A DNA stretch of 48,494 bases, filler included, from Streblomastix strix (GCA_008636045.1; 2 parts of 2 records of this genome joined end to end with filler, not necessarily neighbours in it), one strand, 5' to 3'; shown: positions 17,116 through 29,400, counted from the first letter of the whole stretch. Program-made: numbers and translations. Notes: generated by a model not told the origin, from the sequence alone.

Positions 17116-17922
17116 ATGATACGTGGAGTATAACGTAATTAATTGAGACTATCTAAAAGTAAGAAATAAATGAAAGAACTAACAGATGTAGCTAGCCAAT
17201 AGAGATTATAGTATGTGGATAATTTAATTGCGAAAGCTCTAGCTAATGAAACCATTCAATCAAGAAGTGTCTAATCGAATGAATCAGCTGAGCCAATTAT
17301 ATCACCAAGAAAATAACAACGATCATTTAACGAGATTTAGTAATCAGAATAAATAACATCATTTCACTAACAAAGATCATTCAATAAAAATAAGTACACT
17401 GATGCTGATAGAACAACTGCTTAAGTTACACCCCAAGAAGTATTGGATAAATTATCATAGCCATCAATCGAAATATAACCTTAACCAATTATCATACCAC
17501 AAACTATTCCAACTAATGTCACAGATAATCATTTGAACGCTTATTTATCCCATCCAAATTTAGAAGTAATGAAGTTCGTTGTTGATTGTATTTGGAGAAC
17601 AGTTACCCATAGGAATAGGGGTGATGACTTTATATTATCCTCTGATAATTTCATTAAATTTTGGTCTATAGTTACCTAAGAAAAAGAAGATGATATAAAA
17701 ATAGTGTTAGAGGAAAGTATAATTGCAACACACTCTTGCTTAAGTAAATAATATAAGAAGAAGGAAATAGTAAGAGATATAGATGTTCTGATAAAAGATG
17801 TTTCGATTAATACGTAGGATAATGTACTCTGGAATAGTGTAGAGAAATTATATAGAATTAATAAAGATCTTGTTAGACTATCTGATGTACCAGCAATTGA
17901 TATTGACCCTAACGAGTTTTGA
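17116..17922 (+). CDS. Element hypothetical protein (268 aa)
   Basis: Open frame MIRGVQRNQLRLSK...IDPNEF; low-complexity N-half and globular-looking C-half. Confidence 0.65.
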
Positions 17923-18157
17923 TGAGTTAATAATATCCGAATTAAAAAAAAGATAAATAGTCACCAAAAAAATAAGTAACACATTAATTTATTATTTCCT
18001 CATGTTTTAAAATTACAGAATTGATTTTATCGTTATTTTTGGTGGTGGTGAAATCTACCGATACCTAATAAATAAATTAACGGGCTTATTTTAGACCCTG
18101 ACATATTAATTGATCTATATCTGTTAATCTGATTATTATTTTTTGCCATCAATATAA

Positions 18158-19186
18158 ATGGACGATTTAGAATTACCAACCGAAGAATAAATGTAAACAA
18201 TGAAAGAGGAGATAAATAAAATGGTATAAGAAGAAATTAAGTAAAAAGAATTTGATTAATTACAAGATAAATTATCCCCACATATCGAGCATATTGTCCT
18301 TAAGTTTTTAACATATTTTAGTTAATATTTTCGAGCTAAAGAATATAAATTTGATCCCAGTGGGCTAGTAACAATAAATACTTAATAAGAAATTGTGGGT
18401 ACAAAAATATTCGATAAATTTTCGATAAAAGATGGCACTGCAAATTAACTACTATTAGCTAACGGAGATACTGCTGATGTAGACGATTTTTTACCTAAAT
18501 GATATCCTCACGCTATGGGTCAAATGATTATCGAGCCAAATGATGATATACGTAATTAAGGGCTTAGGTTAATGAAAAATAAAGCGAACTGGGATAGCTT
18601 TGTATTATCAGGGTGTAACATTGATCCGTAAGATAGAGATGGAGTATGTAAAATGGGATCAACTTTATTATAATTTAGGATATAAAAATAAGAAGATGAA
18701 GCCTATGATTATAAGTGGCTAGTTATCGATTTCGTTTGTACTTCATTAAAATTCAATAATTAGCTAATAGCTCCATTACCAATTCCCCCTATAGAAAATG
18801 CTATCAAATAGACAATAGCTTACGGTATGTATGAGACATTAGTTTGGGGCTCATTTACAACATATAATGGAAGGGCTTATATATCATTATAAATAACACA
18901 TAATAACACTAACACACAGACTTAATCTACATATACTTTATTCTCTGTTTTTAAAGATGAAGCTAAACCTTAATTTACAGGGACACCTTTTAATATACCT
19001 TTGAATGCCGTAATGTTTGCGTAAAAAGTAATAGGCTATCCGATATGTTGGAATGGTGCTATTCCAATAGACTATTGTATTGATGTGGATGGACATGTTA
19101 GAATTAATACTATGTGTTAGTTAGTTTTATCTGAAAATTTTTGTGTTTAGGTATGTGATTCTTATGCCCTACATAGTTAATCATGA
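18158..19186 (+). pseudogene. Fibre/spike-like protein with in-frame TGA at 18500-18502
   Basis: LVTINTQQEIVGTKIF...DGTANQLLLANG resembles phage tail-fibre shaft motifs and is followed by a beta-rich C-terminal domain. The same frame continues on both sides of the TGA. Confidence 0.6.
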
Positions 19187-19211
19187 GTAAATTGAACCAT
19201 ATAAAATAACT

Positions 19212-19352
19212 TCATGAGTAAATTGAGTTTCTTACTTCATCACTGATCTTTTCGCTATCAATTGAAATCTATTATAGTGTTAACACACAACTTAATAAAT
19301 GACTGCTAGCTATAATCATTAAAGATATACTGCTAATTATTTCCCAGATCAT
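19212..19352 (-). CDS. Small hydrophobic ORF (46 aa), possible membrane peptide
   Basis: MIWEIISSISLMIIASSHLLSCVLTL...; its leader and first codons are a 33-bp exact match to those of ORF 15665. Confidence 0.4.
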
Positions 19353-19580
19353 TTATGAGCAAAAATAATGTCTCAAATTTAATGTAATAAGTTGATGGAT
19401 AGAAAAAGGATACATTAATTTACACGCTATTCAAAAATATAAAAAGGCAGATTGTCACCAAAAAAATAAGAAACATATTAGTAATATATATTTTTCCTCA
19501 TGTTTTATTTTTGTGTGGTGTCCTTTTTGGGTCTGACCCCTAAATCAGCTGATTCCATTAATTTAACTCAATCAATTCTA

Positions 19581-20588
19581 TCATTTTAATATATCGAAAT
19601 TATTAAGTGATTTATTTATTATGATAAATTCATATTTCTATAGACTGCTATATATAATTATAAATTCCTGTTCGTTTAATCCGGTGATATTGTTTTCTTC
19701 GTATATTTATTTCAAATCTTACTCTGCTATATTAGCGCCAACAGCTATCACATGGCATAATACTCTCGCTGACTTAAACAGATACTGAGGTCGTTAAGCG
19801 CAGAAGAATATAGTATTTTTACTATGTCTACTGTCACTATCTAAGTGAGTAATCGACTTAGCTAATTCACTAGTATATCTTTATATATCAGTATTTGACC
19901 CGATATCATCGAATATTATTAACGTAGAAAGTAATGATGAGCTAGCTAATATAAGAATTTTTTTGAACTCTTGTTCACCCAGCTTCTCTATTATTTTTAG
20001 CTTCTTGGAATATTATACACCTTTAATAATAGATGGAATATCAAATCGCATTAGTGCACTAGGCTAACTATATTCGTTTAATATTTTGATACATTCGGAT
20101 TAGAAAATATCAGATAGCCTATGTCGGTATTATTTATCTGTTTCGTCTCTTTATTATTTATTACCTACAAATATTGATTCCTTCATCCGAGTAATATAAT
20201 CTGAGTCATATTTAATATCTCTCTCTTTTAATTTCCAATAATTATATACTTCTTTAACCTTATATTTAATCTCATCAAATAAAGGAAGAAATGATTACGC
20301 CTCTGTGTAAGTTATATTAATTAATTTTATATCTTTATTGTTTAAATTAATAGCCATTGTTTCGTCCAGTCCGAAGTTTGAGAAGTATAATATATATGGG
20401 TGAATGTATCGCTAATATAACACAATTAATTTAACCATTAATGTAGTTTTACCACTTCCAACTGATCCAACGATATAATAATTGGCGTTTATAAGAAAGA
20501 TAGAATGAGGAGCTAATGGTCTTATCATATACTCCTCTAATAGCGATTGATCATCGAATGATACTTAATTAATTTATTATAGAGTCAT
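19581..20588 (-). CDS. A32/FtsK-HerA-type genome packaging ATPase (335 aa), intact
   Basis: Walker A GSVGSGKTT, Walker B LIIFDD and the SRHSKNTIFFCAQ (Arg-finger/Gln) motif, all in one frame. Confidence 0.88.
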
Positions 20589-20604
20589 TTAATTCTCGTT
20601 AAAT

Positions 20605-21009
20605 ATGAATGTTATTAGTGTAATATAGATAATTTTAAATTACTTATTTTACGGGATTAATTTTATTGTATCAATTATCTCAGTTAGCGTACCTATCGAA
20701 TATATTAATCTTATCAAATAATTATGGGGTTATCGAGATATAATATTGGTTCCTATTAATATATTTGTTTATATAATTTAATTTTGCTATCGTAGAAAGA
20801 AGATGAAGAGTGCTATTGATAATAATAATGATAATAATAATGATAAAAATAATAGTAGATCAGTTATTAATAATAATAAATCAGCTATATAATAATATAC
20901 TGTTGATTAATTAGAAGAGCTAATCAAATAGACAATTCAGGATAATGATATTGGACTAGCGAAATAATATCGATACTAGCTATATCTTCTGTTGTTGAAT
21001 TAAAATTGA
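20605..21009 (+). pseudogene. Putative membrane protein, apparently frameshifted near 20750-20760
   Basis: Hydrophobic N-terminus (VISVIQIILNYLFYGINFIVSIISVSV). A different frame continues YICYIIQFCYRRKKMK...LLLLNQN to TGA. Confidence 0.4.
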
Positions 21010-21080
21010 GAGTGTATAAATTATGAAAAAGTTTTTTCGCACCCCCTCTTTTTTTTTCTATTTTTTTATCTGGCTAATAA

Positions 21081-21647
21081 ATGTAATAATTTGTATCTCT
21101 ATAAGATATTTCAACTCATGAAATATCAATATAACAACCATGGACTATTAGACGAATAGCTGATGGTGCCATTAATAAAATTTATACTGAAAAAAGTGGA
21201 TATTAGTAAGTCAGTATAAATGGAAAGACTATGGGTCTTCATAGGCTAGTAGCTATTTAATTTATACCTACAGATGATTATACTAAATAGGTTGATCATA
21301 TCAATCATAATAGATCTGATAACTCACTTATCAATCTGAGATGGTTGTCACGAAGAGATAACTGTCTGAATAGAACAAAACCCAAACGATAACATATAAC
21401 ATATACATATCTAGATATATTACCTTCTGATTTTATTGAACAAAGTTAATACGGAAAACACTAATTTGAAGGATTATATTTCTCTCCTAGTGAAGATATG
21501 TTCTATATGTCAAATGGTATAAAATATAAAGAGCTACATGTTAATGAGAAGCTAAATGGTGCTTTGTTTGTTTATGCCCCAGATGTGAGGGGAAAAGGTC
21601 ATTAGATTCATTACATAGGGGCTAAGAAAATTATGAATATAAAATGA
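21081..21647 (+). CDS. HNH endonuclease (phage I-HmuI/HNH_3-like), 188 aa, intact
   Basis: SGYQQVSI...LHRLVAIQFI...VDHINHNRSDNSLINLRW..RRDN. Confidence 0.9.
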
Positions 21648-21811
21648 TCTTCGCTAATCTGTGATCATTATTTTTAGATATGAAAATTTGATACATTATT
21701 TTTGCTTGCGAATTAACCCATAGGTTTGATCTCTTCGCTAATCCGTGACATTATTTTTATTGACCATAGGTTTGATCACCTGAAAGTATGCCACATTATT
21801 TTTGCATATAA

Positions 21812-23240
21812 ATGACCGCTCAAAGTATGTAAATATTATCTTCGTCCTAGGAATAAGAATTTGTCTAATGGAAAACAACTATTCCATAAGGCTATAATTA
21901 GTTCTAAGTTAATAGTATATATAATGTCCCACTAAACCTATGTTATTATTTGAACAAGAATTACATAAAAATTAAAACAGACATAAAGTCAACAGATACT
22001 AAGAAAATAATGATATAAGAAGAAATATAAAGTGGTTTTAAATTTACCCCCATTAACTAACTCCCACCAATAAGAATTAAATTGAACACACATGTCAACA
22101 ATAATTATGTAGATAACGAAACACATTAATCCTATAAATTTATGCCCCTAAAATACGTACTTAAAAATAGTGATATAAATAGTTTCACTGATAGCCAAGA
22201 ATAATACTTTCATTAATTCGATACAACTAACGGTGGACCAATTAGCTTTAATTAATCAGACAATGAACATACACAAAAGTTAGGTTGTTATTACACACTG
22301 TCATAAAATAAAGGTGTTGATATATGTTCCGCTGCTATAAATTATATAAATTTGAGATTAGATTGTACTCTTTATCATTACTGGATATAAGATACTTAGT
22401 TGGCAATTGCTTATCGAATGATGGGGCTAATTAAAATATATTGTCCTACAACAGATAATTATATAACTTCTGTTTAACCATTAACGTCGAGTATAAAAAT
22501 TAGCTAAAACACTGGTACATAAATTGCTTTAATAAATAATGAGCTAGTTACTACGGAATAATAGCCTATTAATGTACAGAGTTAAACCATGTAATTAACA
22601 ATCAATTAAATCAACACATATCCTGTGAGGATACTATTTTCTTTGCCTGCCCTGTCATTAGCAGAATGGTAATATATTTATACATCATGTTAGAGAATAT
22701 CAGACCTTGGCTAATTTATCCCATAAATCCTAGAAGAATTTTACGAAAAATAATATGGTGTTTCAAGTAAGGTATTATAAATAGAGCTGTCAAATAACCT
22801 GTATATCTAACTCACAAACGCTAGCGATCTATATGTAGGATCATTATTAGACAATCATATTAAATAAATGACCTTAGAAACATTGTATTATAAAATTAAA
22901 TATAACAGTGATGATTAATATTAAAATTTACCAATATTTTCACCCTTCATCGGTAATTTCATGGAGTTTCCACAAATGTTAATTGTAGTAGTAAGCAATT
23001 AATTAATAAAGGGGTATTTCACTATAAGTATAAGATAACGCTGCTTTTAGCAACGTAGTATTTAAATAGAATTTGATTGGTGCGCCAGTGATATGGGGGT
23101 AGAATATGTTATCTAATTCAAATATTATAGGTATGAATAAAGAAGTAATATTTAAACTATACGATAATATAGGTAGATAAGTTCCAGTATAATATATGGA
23201 TAGATATAATAATTTGTTGCTGGAAATATAGTATTAGTGA
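21812..23240 (+). pseudogene. Probable minor capsid (penton) protein, frameshift near 23025
   Basis: Long beta-rich ORF. The C-terminal IFKLYDNIGRQVP...LLLEI, typical of penton-like single jelly-roll ends, lies in a different frame from the upstream portion. Confidence 0.6.
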
Positions 23241-24222
23241 ACATTGATAAATTTACGGAGCTAACATATTTTTCAAATTTGGAAAAAATATCAGTGAATT
23301 AATTATAATTAATGGGTCCCCCAAAAATAACACATTATTTTTTTATTTAACTCATTTATTATTTAACTATTCCATTAATTTAGGCGTTGCCTACTAACTA
23401 TCTTCTTTCGCTATCTCAATTATCTCTTTCAATTAATCCATTCGCAATCTCCTGTTAAATTATCTCAATAAGAATCTCAGTTCTATTTCCGGTTCGGATT
23501 TCGTAGCTTATGATACTAAAAGTTATAAAAATTAGCTGTAGATCATATATTCTTATACGCTTATTGTAATCATTTTAAGAATAATAAATATGTCGAGTAA
23601 AAGTAAAACTAAAAGTAAAAGTAAAAAATCTTGGTCATCATCTGATAGTTCGAGCACTAATACCGAGTAAAGATAATAAATAAGTTTTGTTAATAAATTA
23701 CCATAATTAGCAGGAGGAAAATATAATTATACTACCAAAGGAATGAGATAAGGGAGAAAATTGCGAAATATATATATGAAACATAAAGAGAACATAACAA
23801 TACCTCCTTAATTGAGAGGTGATGACGCTTATAATTAATTGAGAAATTAATTTATGGCATTAGATCCTAAATTAACCATAACTAATGAATGTCTTAGAGT
23901 ATTCAAAAAATCAGTTAATCAGTCGGATTATAAATAAGCTAATAAATTATTATATGGTCCTGATTGGTAAAAAATAACTAACGATTAACATTTAATGAAA
24001 AAAATAGTTGCACATGATGATATATAATAGCTATTGGAGGATTAATAGGAGCAAATGGCACTAATGAAAATAGAAGTAGAGTAGAATTTTAATAGATTAG
24101 TGAACATTGATAAATTTACGGAGCTAACATATTTTTCAAATTTGGAAAAAATATCAGTGAATTAATTATAATTAATGGGTCCCCCAAAAATAACACATTA
24201 TTTTTTTATTTAACTCATTTAT
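23233..24222 (+). repeat. 127-bp exact direct repeat (23233-23359 and 24096-24222)
   Basis: Identical sequence attagtgaacattg...ctcatttat; the second copy abuts the contig end. Confidence 0.9.
23590..24222 (+). CDS. Basic Ser/Lys-rich element protein (possible core protein), truncated
   Basis: MSSKSKTKSKSKKSWSSS...LAGGKYNY...; the frame runs into the duplicated segment and the gap with no TGA. Confidence 0.55.
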
Positions 24223-24322
24223 NNNNNNNNNNNNNNNNNNNNNNNNNNNNNNNNNNNNNNNNNNNNTTAATTAATTAANNNNNNNNNNNNNNNNNNNNNN
24301 NNNNNNNNNNNNNNNNNNNNNN
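24223..24322. other. Artificial contig-joining spacer (N44 TTAATTAATTAA N44)
   Basis: Symmetric N runs around an all-frame TAA stop linker, exactly 100 nt. Confidence 0.92.
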
Positions 24323-24760
24323 CCATGTCATTATCATCCTAATTGCAAGAATCTAGCATGTCCACTTATTCATGCACCTCCTTGTAAGAATGATAAAGCA
24401 TGCACAAATCCTTAATGCATTTACGCTCATTACACCAACTTAAATTCACGTCCACTTTGTCCATTTAGAACACGGTGTACTAAAACAAACTGTACTTACA
24501 GACATTTACAACCAAATTAAAAGAACCCTTATTAGTCAGGTAGATCATTATATTTCTCAGATGAAGCTATTAATTCAATGGCAAATTCAAAGAAAGATTC
24601 AACTTCCACTGTTACTCAACAAGAACCAGAGCAACAATCAATTACATAAGATTCTTTTTCAAATGAGAAATAATAAGTATCAGACAAAGTTGAAACTTGT
24701 CAAACCAATGTTGAAAACACAGATCAATAATCACTTCAATTATAAAGCGAAAATAATTGA
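24323..24760 (+). CDS. 3' part of a tandem CCCH zinc-finger protein (Nab2/ZC3H14-type)
   Basis: Three C-x5-C-x4-C-x3-H fingers (CHYHPNCKNLACPLIH, CKNDKACTNPQCIYAH, CPFRTRCTKTNCTYRH); ends in TGA. Confidence 0.75.
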
Positions 24761-25121
24761 GTAGAAACCAAAATATTATTATTTATTTATGATTAATATA
24801 TCTTGATATTGTTATAAAAAACCAATTTTTGATTTTATATTTCATTTAAACAAAGCTGAATTAGTATTAAGTTGATGTTTTCTAAAATGCCAATAAATCT
24901 GAAGTGGAAGTGTAATTGTATTTAATTATTATTATAATATTTCTACGCATTAACATATAAACCAGTAACACCATAATTGTTTACTATTGATACTAAATCG
25001 GCTCTGAAATGACTCCACAAAAACTTCATTTTCTTCATCGATTTTCTCTATTATTTATTCATTATATTTCCATTATTTTTATTTTCATTATTCTTTAAAT
25101 GTAAATCAGAATCTTATTTAT

Positions 25122-26232
25122 ATGATTTTTGTATTGATAATTGTTCAAAGTGCCCTAGGACTTTCAGAGATAGCTAGAATTGTTAATGAGAAGAAAACAA
25201 CATGGACAGCCAGAGATTATAGTAAAGATATAATTGATGATTCAATCATACAGAAACAACAACTAGATTCGTTTCAATAATTTTTTGATATGAAAGCGGT
25301 ACCTGCTCCATTAAACAACAACTTGCCCGAGTCATTTGATGCCCGTGAAAAGTGGCAAAATTTATATGGAATCAAAAAATAGGGTAAATGCTCATCATGT
25401 TGGGCTCACGCTGCTGCAGAGGTTGCAGAAAACAGATTGGCAATTAATGGATGTCCAAAAGGTAGACTATCTCCTTAAGATCTGATAAGCTGCGATTTAA
25501 ATGATAATGGATGTACTTTTGGGTATACTTTGATATATATTTTGACAATTCTTCTTTTTATTAATATATGAATATTGTATACTTTGTTAGTTTGCCATAT
25601 GTCGTATGGCCGCATGTATTGTAATATGGTATAGCAACTGAAGAGTGCATACCATATGTTTCAAATGAAAGTAGAATTCCACTTTGTCCAACAAAATGTG
25701 CTAATGGAAGTGATATTGTCAGATACAAACCTGAGAGAATCAGTTATTTATTAGCTAAGGATATGCAACAAGAAATTTTAGACAATGGTCATGTAGATAC
25801 TGCTATTATTACTTATGAAGATTTTTCGCATTATGAAAAGGGAATCTATTAACATACTTATGGGTTTAAAATTTATTTCTAATACTTTATTGCTTATACT
25901 TAATAATTGTTTTATAGTGGACCTGTGTATGCTCATGCAATCGTAGCTATTGGCTGGGGAGTTGAAGTACATAATAAAGAATAATATTTAAATTATTGAT
26001 AATATTAATCTCTATATTCTTTATACTAAATTATTAATAGAATGGAATCCCGTATTGGTTGATCCAGAACAGCTATGGAGAAGAATGGGGAGAAAAAGTT
26101 TGTTCCATTTTTTATAGTTCATATTATTTTTAAATTTGTATGCAGGGCTACTTTAAAATCCTACGTGGGAGCAATGAATGCGGAGTTGAAACATTACCTT
26201 TTGTTGGGTATTTTAACTGTAATAAATTATGA
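25122..26232 (+). CDS. Cathepsin B-like papain-family cysteine protease, multi-exon
   Basis: Signal peptide, LPESFDAREKW, QGKCSSCWA, LSPQDLISCD, HAIVAIGWG, YWLIQNSYGEEWGE, GYFKILRGSNECGVE. Confidence 0.93.
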
Positions 26233-26430
26233 AAACATAGATGAAAGATTTTGTTCAAATGATAGTATAAACTAACTTATTTGAAGAATGATTCATTTCA
26301 ATTGTCAATATATTTAAAATAAATAATTTTTTTAACATTTTAAATATTAAATCTTCATTCATTTCAATTTAAAGTGTGGAGCGATTCAAATCGGTCAGGA
26401 ATTCGGGAAGTTGATAATTTTGATTCCACT

Positions 26431-29400
26431 ATGTCATTAACGCTTCATAGTATTTTCTGCGAAAAACGAGCGCCAATTACAATTGTATGCGACAAGAAAA
26501 TTGAATATTTTTGCAAACTCATTGAATATTTTTATTTTAGGCTTAGCTCCTATAATAATGGCTTGATGCACCAAATACGTCAATCTTCAACAATAATATA
26601 GCTGAAAAGCTTGCTGAGCACCTTCAAAAAGTTGCAACAATTTTTTTTCAAAATTTGTGCTTAATTTCACCATTTCCCGTGTTTAATTTTTTATCTTTTT
26701 CGAAGAGTACTTAAGCATTTAACTACGCATTTTCCACAATATTGATTAAAATATACTAAATATTGTTATAAGAAGCGCGATACGAAGAAGTTCTTATGTC
26801 TGCTGCTACCCATGAAAGCGTCTTGAATGCATGGATTACTGCAGAACGCAACACAAGGGCTGGATTTATTCCACTTCTCAGAGAAATACTTAACACATGC
26901 ATACTTTTTTTTGATTGCAAGACAATTAGAAACCAAATGATGAATTATTTCCCACACTTACTGCTTCTAACTATTTCTGATTCTAAGCCAATTAATATTC
27001 GCATTCAAGCTGCATCAATAGTCATAAAGGCCCTTAATTTATCATCTGACACATACTCAATTCACATTCCAATAGGAGGGATAGAAATTATTCAATAAAT
27101 GTTCAATTAATTGCACACACTTGGAGACTATAGATTGCAGTAAAATGTTGTTAAAATTGGTTTTCTTACAGCTGTTACATAGTAATTACCCGGAACTGAT
27201 ATTGCAGCTTAACTTAGATCATAACTAATAAACATGACAGGTTTTAAAAATACATTTTACTCATATTTTTTTTTGTACTAACTTTCTCTAATATTTCAGG
27301 AGATAGATCAACAGCTGATGTATTTGCCCTGATGCAAAATGAATCTATATCTAAAGATGCCTTGAATGTATGCAATTCAATTAATACTCACACCAATCTT
27401 GATATATCTAAGAAGTATGATAAATATTATTTAAAAATATGAAAAATTCATAATTAAGAAAATAAAAATAAAAATAAATATTCAAATATATATATATATA
27501 TATATATATACTTTTATACTTTTATAATTTTTTATTTTTTGAATTGTTGTAACAAATTTCATGTAGCATCTTCCTTATCCGAGGCATTGTAAGTTTTCCT
27601 AGAAGATCATTCTGCAATGCTGATGTTACTTTTTGCAAACATTCGATCTCTTTCTCATTTCCAACTAGAAGAGATGCATTGCAATATGGTTGTACAGTTG
27701 AACGAGAGAATATATTGAGGTTTCAACTAATTATAACTATAGATTTAATTTTTAATACTTTTTTATTTAAAATTCTGATTATGACAGAGTTTCTTCTAAA
27801 GAAGATGGATTACGAATTAGAATCTATCTTCGAATAATTCCTACAGAAGTTAGAAAATTATTTACTGGTATTAATTTTAGCATAAAATTTGAATTAGAAA
27901 GAATGAAAATTTTACTTCATTTTTTCCTTTTATCAATTATAGGAAATATTGCTACTACCAATAGTGATTAATCATAACATTCATAGGATGGAACTCCAGA
28001 ATGTATTGAAGTTGAACTCTAAAGAAGAGACGATTTTATTCTTATTGAGAATCGATTATTTGCAATATGGAAAGAAATGAAAGATGTTATTATTGAAACT
28101 ATTAAGAAGAAAGGGAAAGAGAAAATAAAAGAAATTTATGAAAAATAAGAAGAATAATAATTTGGAATGAAATAAGAATAAAAAATTATGAATATTGATG
28201 AAAACGAAGAAAAAATGATGGGATTTGGATTAAAAAAGAAAATGATAAAAGATTGTTAATAAGAAATTGAGAATAAAGAAGAAACGAATAATTATGAACC
28301 TAACAACAAATTTAGAAAATTCAAAAATAATTAAAGAAAACTTAAAACTTAAAATGAATTTAGCAGTCCTGATTAAGTAAACAATGAAAATTTAAGTTAA
28401 TCAGATAAATCAGATAATGAAAATGATAATTCTGAATAAAATTAATAATTCAAAGAAAATGAATAAGAAATAGATAAATGTGAAGAACTTTCAACTCAAG
28501 CATTATTAAATTCATAATATCCAGATAATCATAGTTAATTCTTCTCAAATACATAAATATCAAATGACTATTTAAACAATTATGATAAAAATCGATAGAT
28601 GAATGTAACAGGATAAATACAATTCGCACATCCTTAATAAATCTCATCAAATAAAATTATCTAAACTGATCTGAAATAGAAATCATAAAAAGATTAATAT
28701 AAAACAAGCCATTCGTAATAAGAAGCCTAACAACAATTAATTCACAACTCAAAACAAATAAAAATATCAGTTGTATCATCTATGGGAATTGAGAGAGCAG
28801 AAACTGTTGCAAAAGAAGGAATAATTGAAGAATTAATAGAGGATAATGATTAATAAAATGAGAAAGGAAATAAATAAGAAATGGGAATGAATAATGATAT
28901 TGAATAAAATTAAGGATAAGAGAAAGAAAATGAAGATAATTTAAGATATTAACATAATGTTTAATTTAATCTTCTTAGTGATAAATTGAAATTTAATACA
29001 AATATCTCATAAGAAGAATAAATTAACTAACATTTTAAAAAAGAAAAATAAAACGATTCTTCTTCTCATTCATTCATTTCAAATCCATAGAATCAATAAT
29101 ATTAATATTAAAATATAGAAATTCCTTCTTAATAAATTCCTTCTCAATTAAATCCTTCTAAATATAATAATTAGAAATAATTAGAAACAATGAAATAAAA
29201 TGACAAAAATGATAAAATAAGATAAATTAATAAAGAAAACGAAGAAGAAAACGAAGAAAATAACGAAAAGTAAATAAATGAAATTATTAATAATTAACAA
29301 AATAAACCATTTATCTTTTCATCCAATTTTTCTAATCTACTTCCTGTTATTACAGAATAAAAAGATTTTAAGATTAATATTTCTGAAGAAAACAATAAAC

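Larger units (their letters stand above)
7665..24222. mobile_element. Endogenous Polinton/Maverick-like virus (partial, decaying, right end truncated by contig end)
   Basis: Dense intronless gene cluster with pPolB, MCP-like, penton-like, A32 ATPase, HNH and fibre-like ORFs, with an AGTAGT-starting inverted repeat at the left edge. Confidence 0.9.

Noticed and set aside
21640..21830. Short repeats with spacers as a CRISPR-like array
   Set aside because: The units are degenerate and irregular, with no cas genes, in a eukaryotic context; better explained as leader-motif duplications.
23352..23575. Minus-strand helical ORF between the direct repeats
   Set aside because: The protein-like frame lacks an in-frame ATG; only a fragment.
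24096..24222. 127-bp direct repeat as a terminal repeat or LTR
   Set aside because: It sits at the contig end and interrupts an ORF through short microhomology; more likely a misassembly or local duplication.
24223..24322. TTAATTAATTAA within N runs as a biological motif or piggyBac-type site
   Set aside because: It is a symmetric 100-nt artificial linker, so genes to its right cannot be assumed to neighbour the element.
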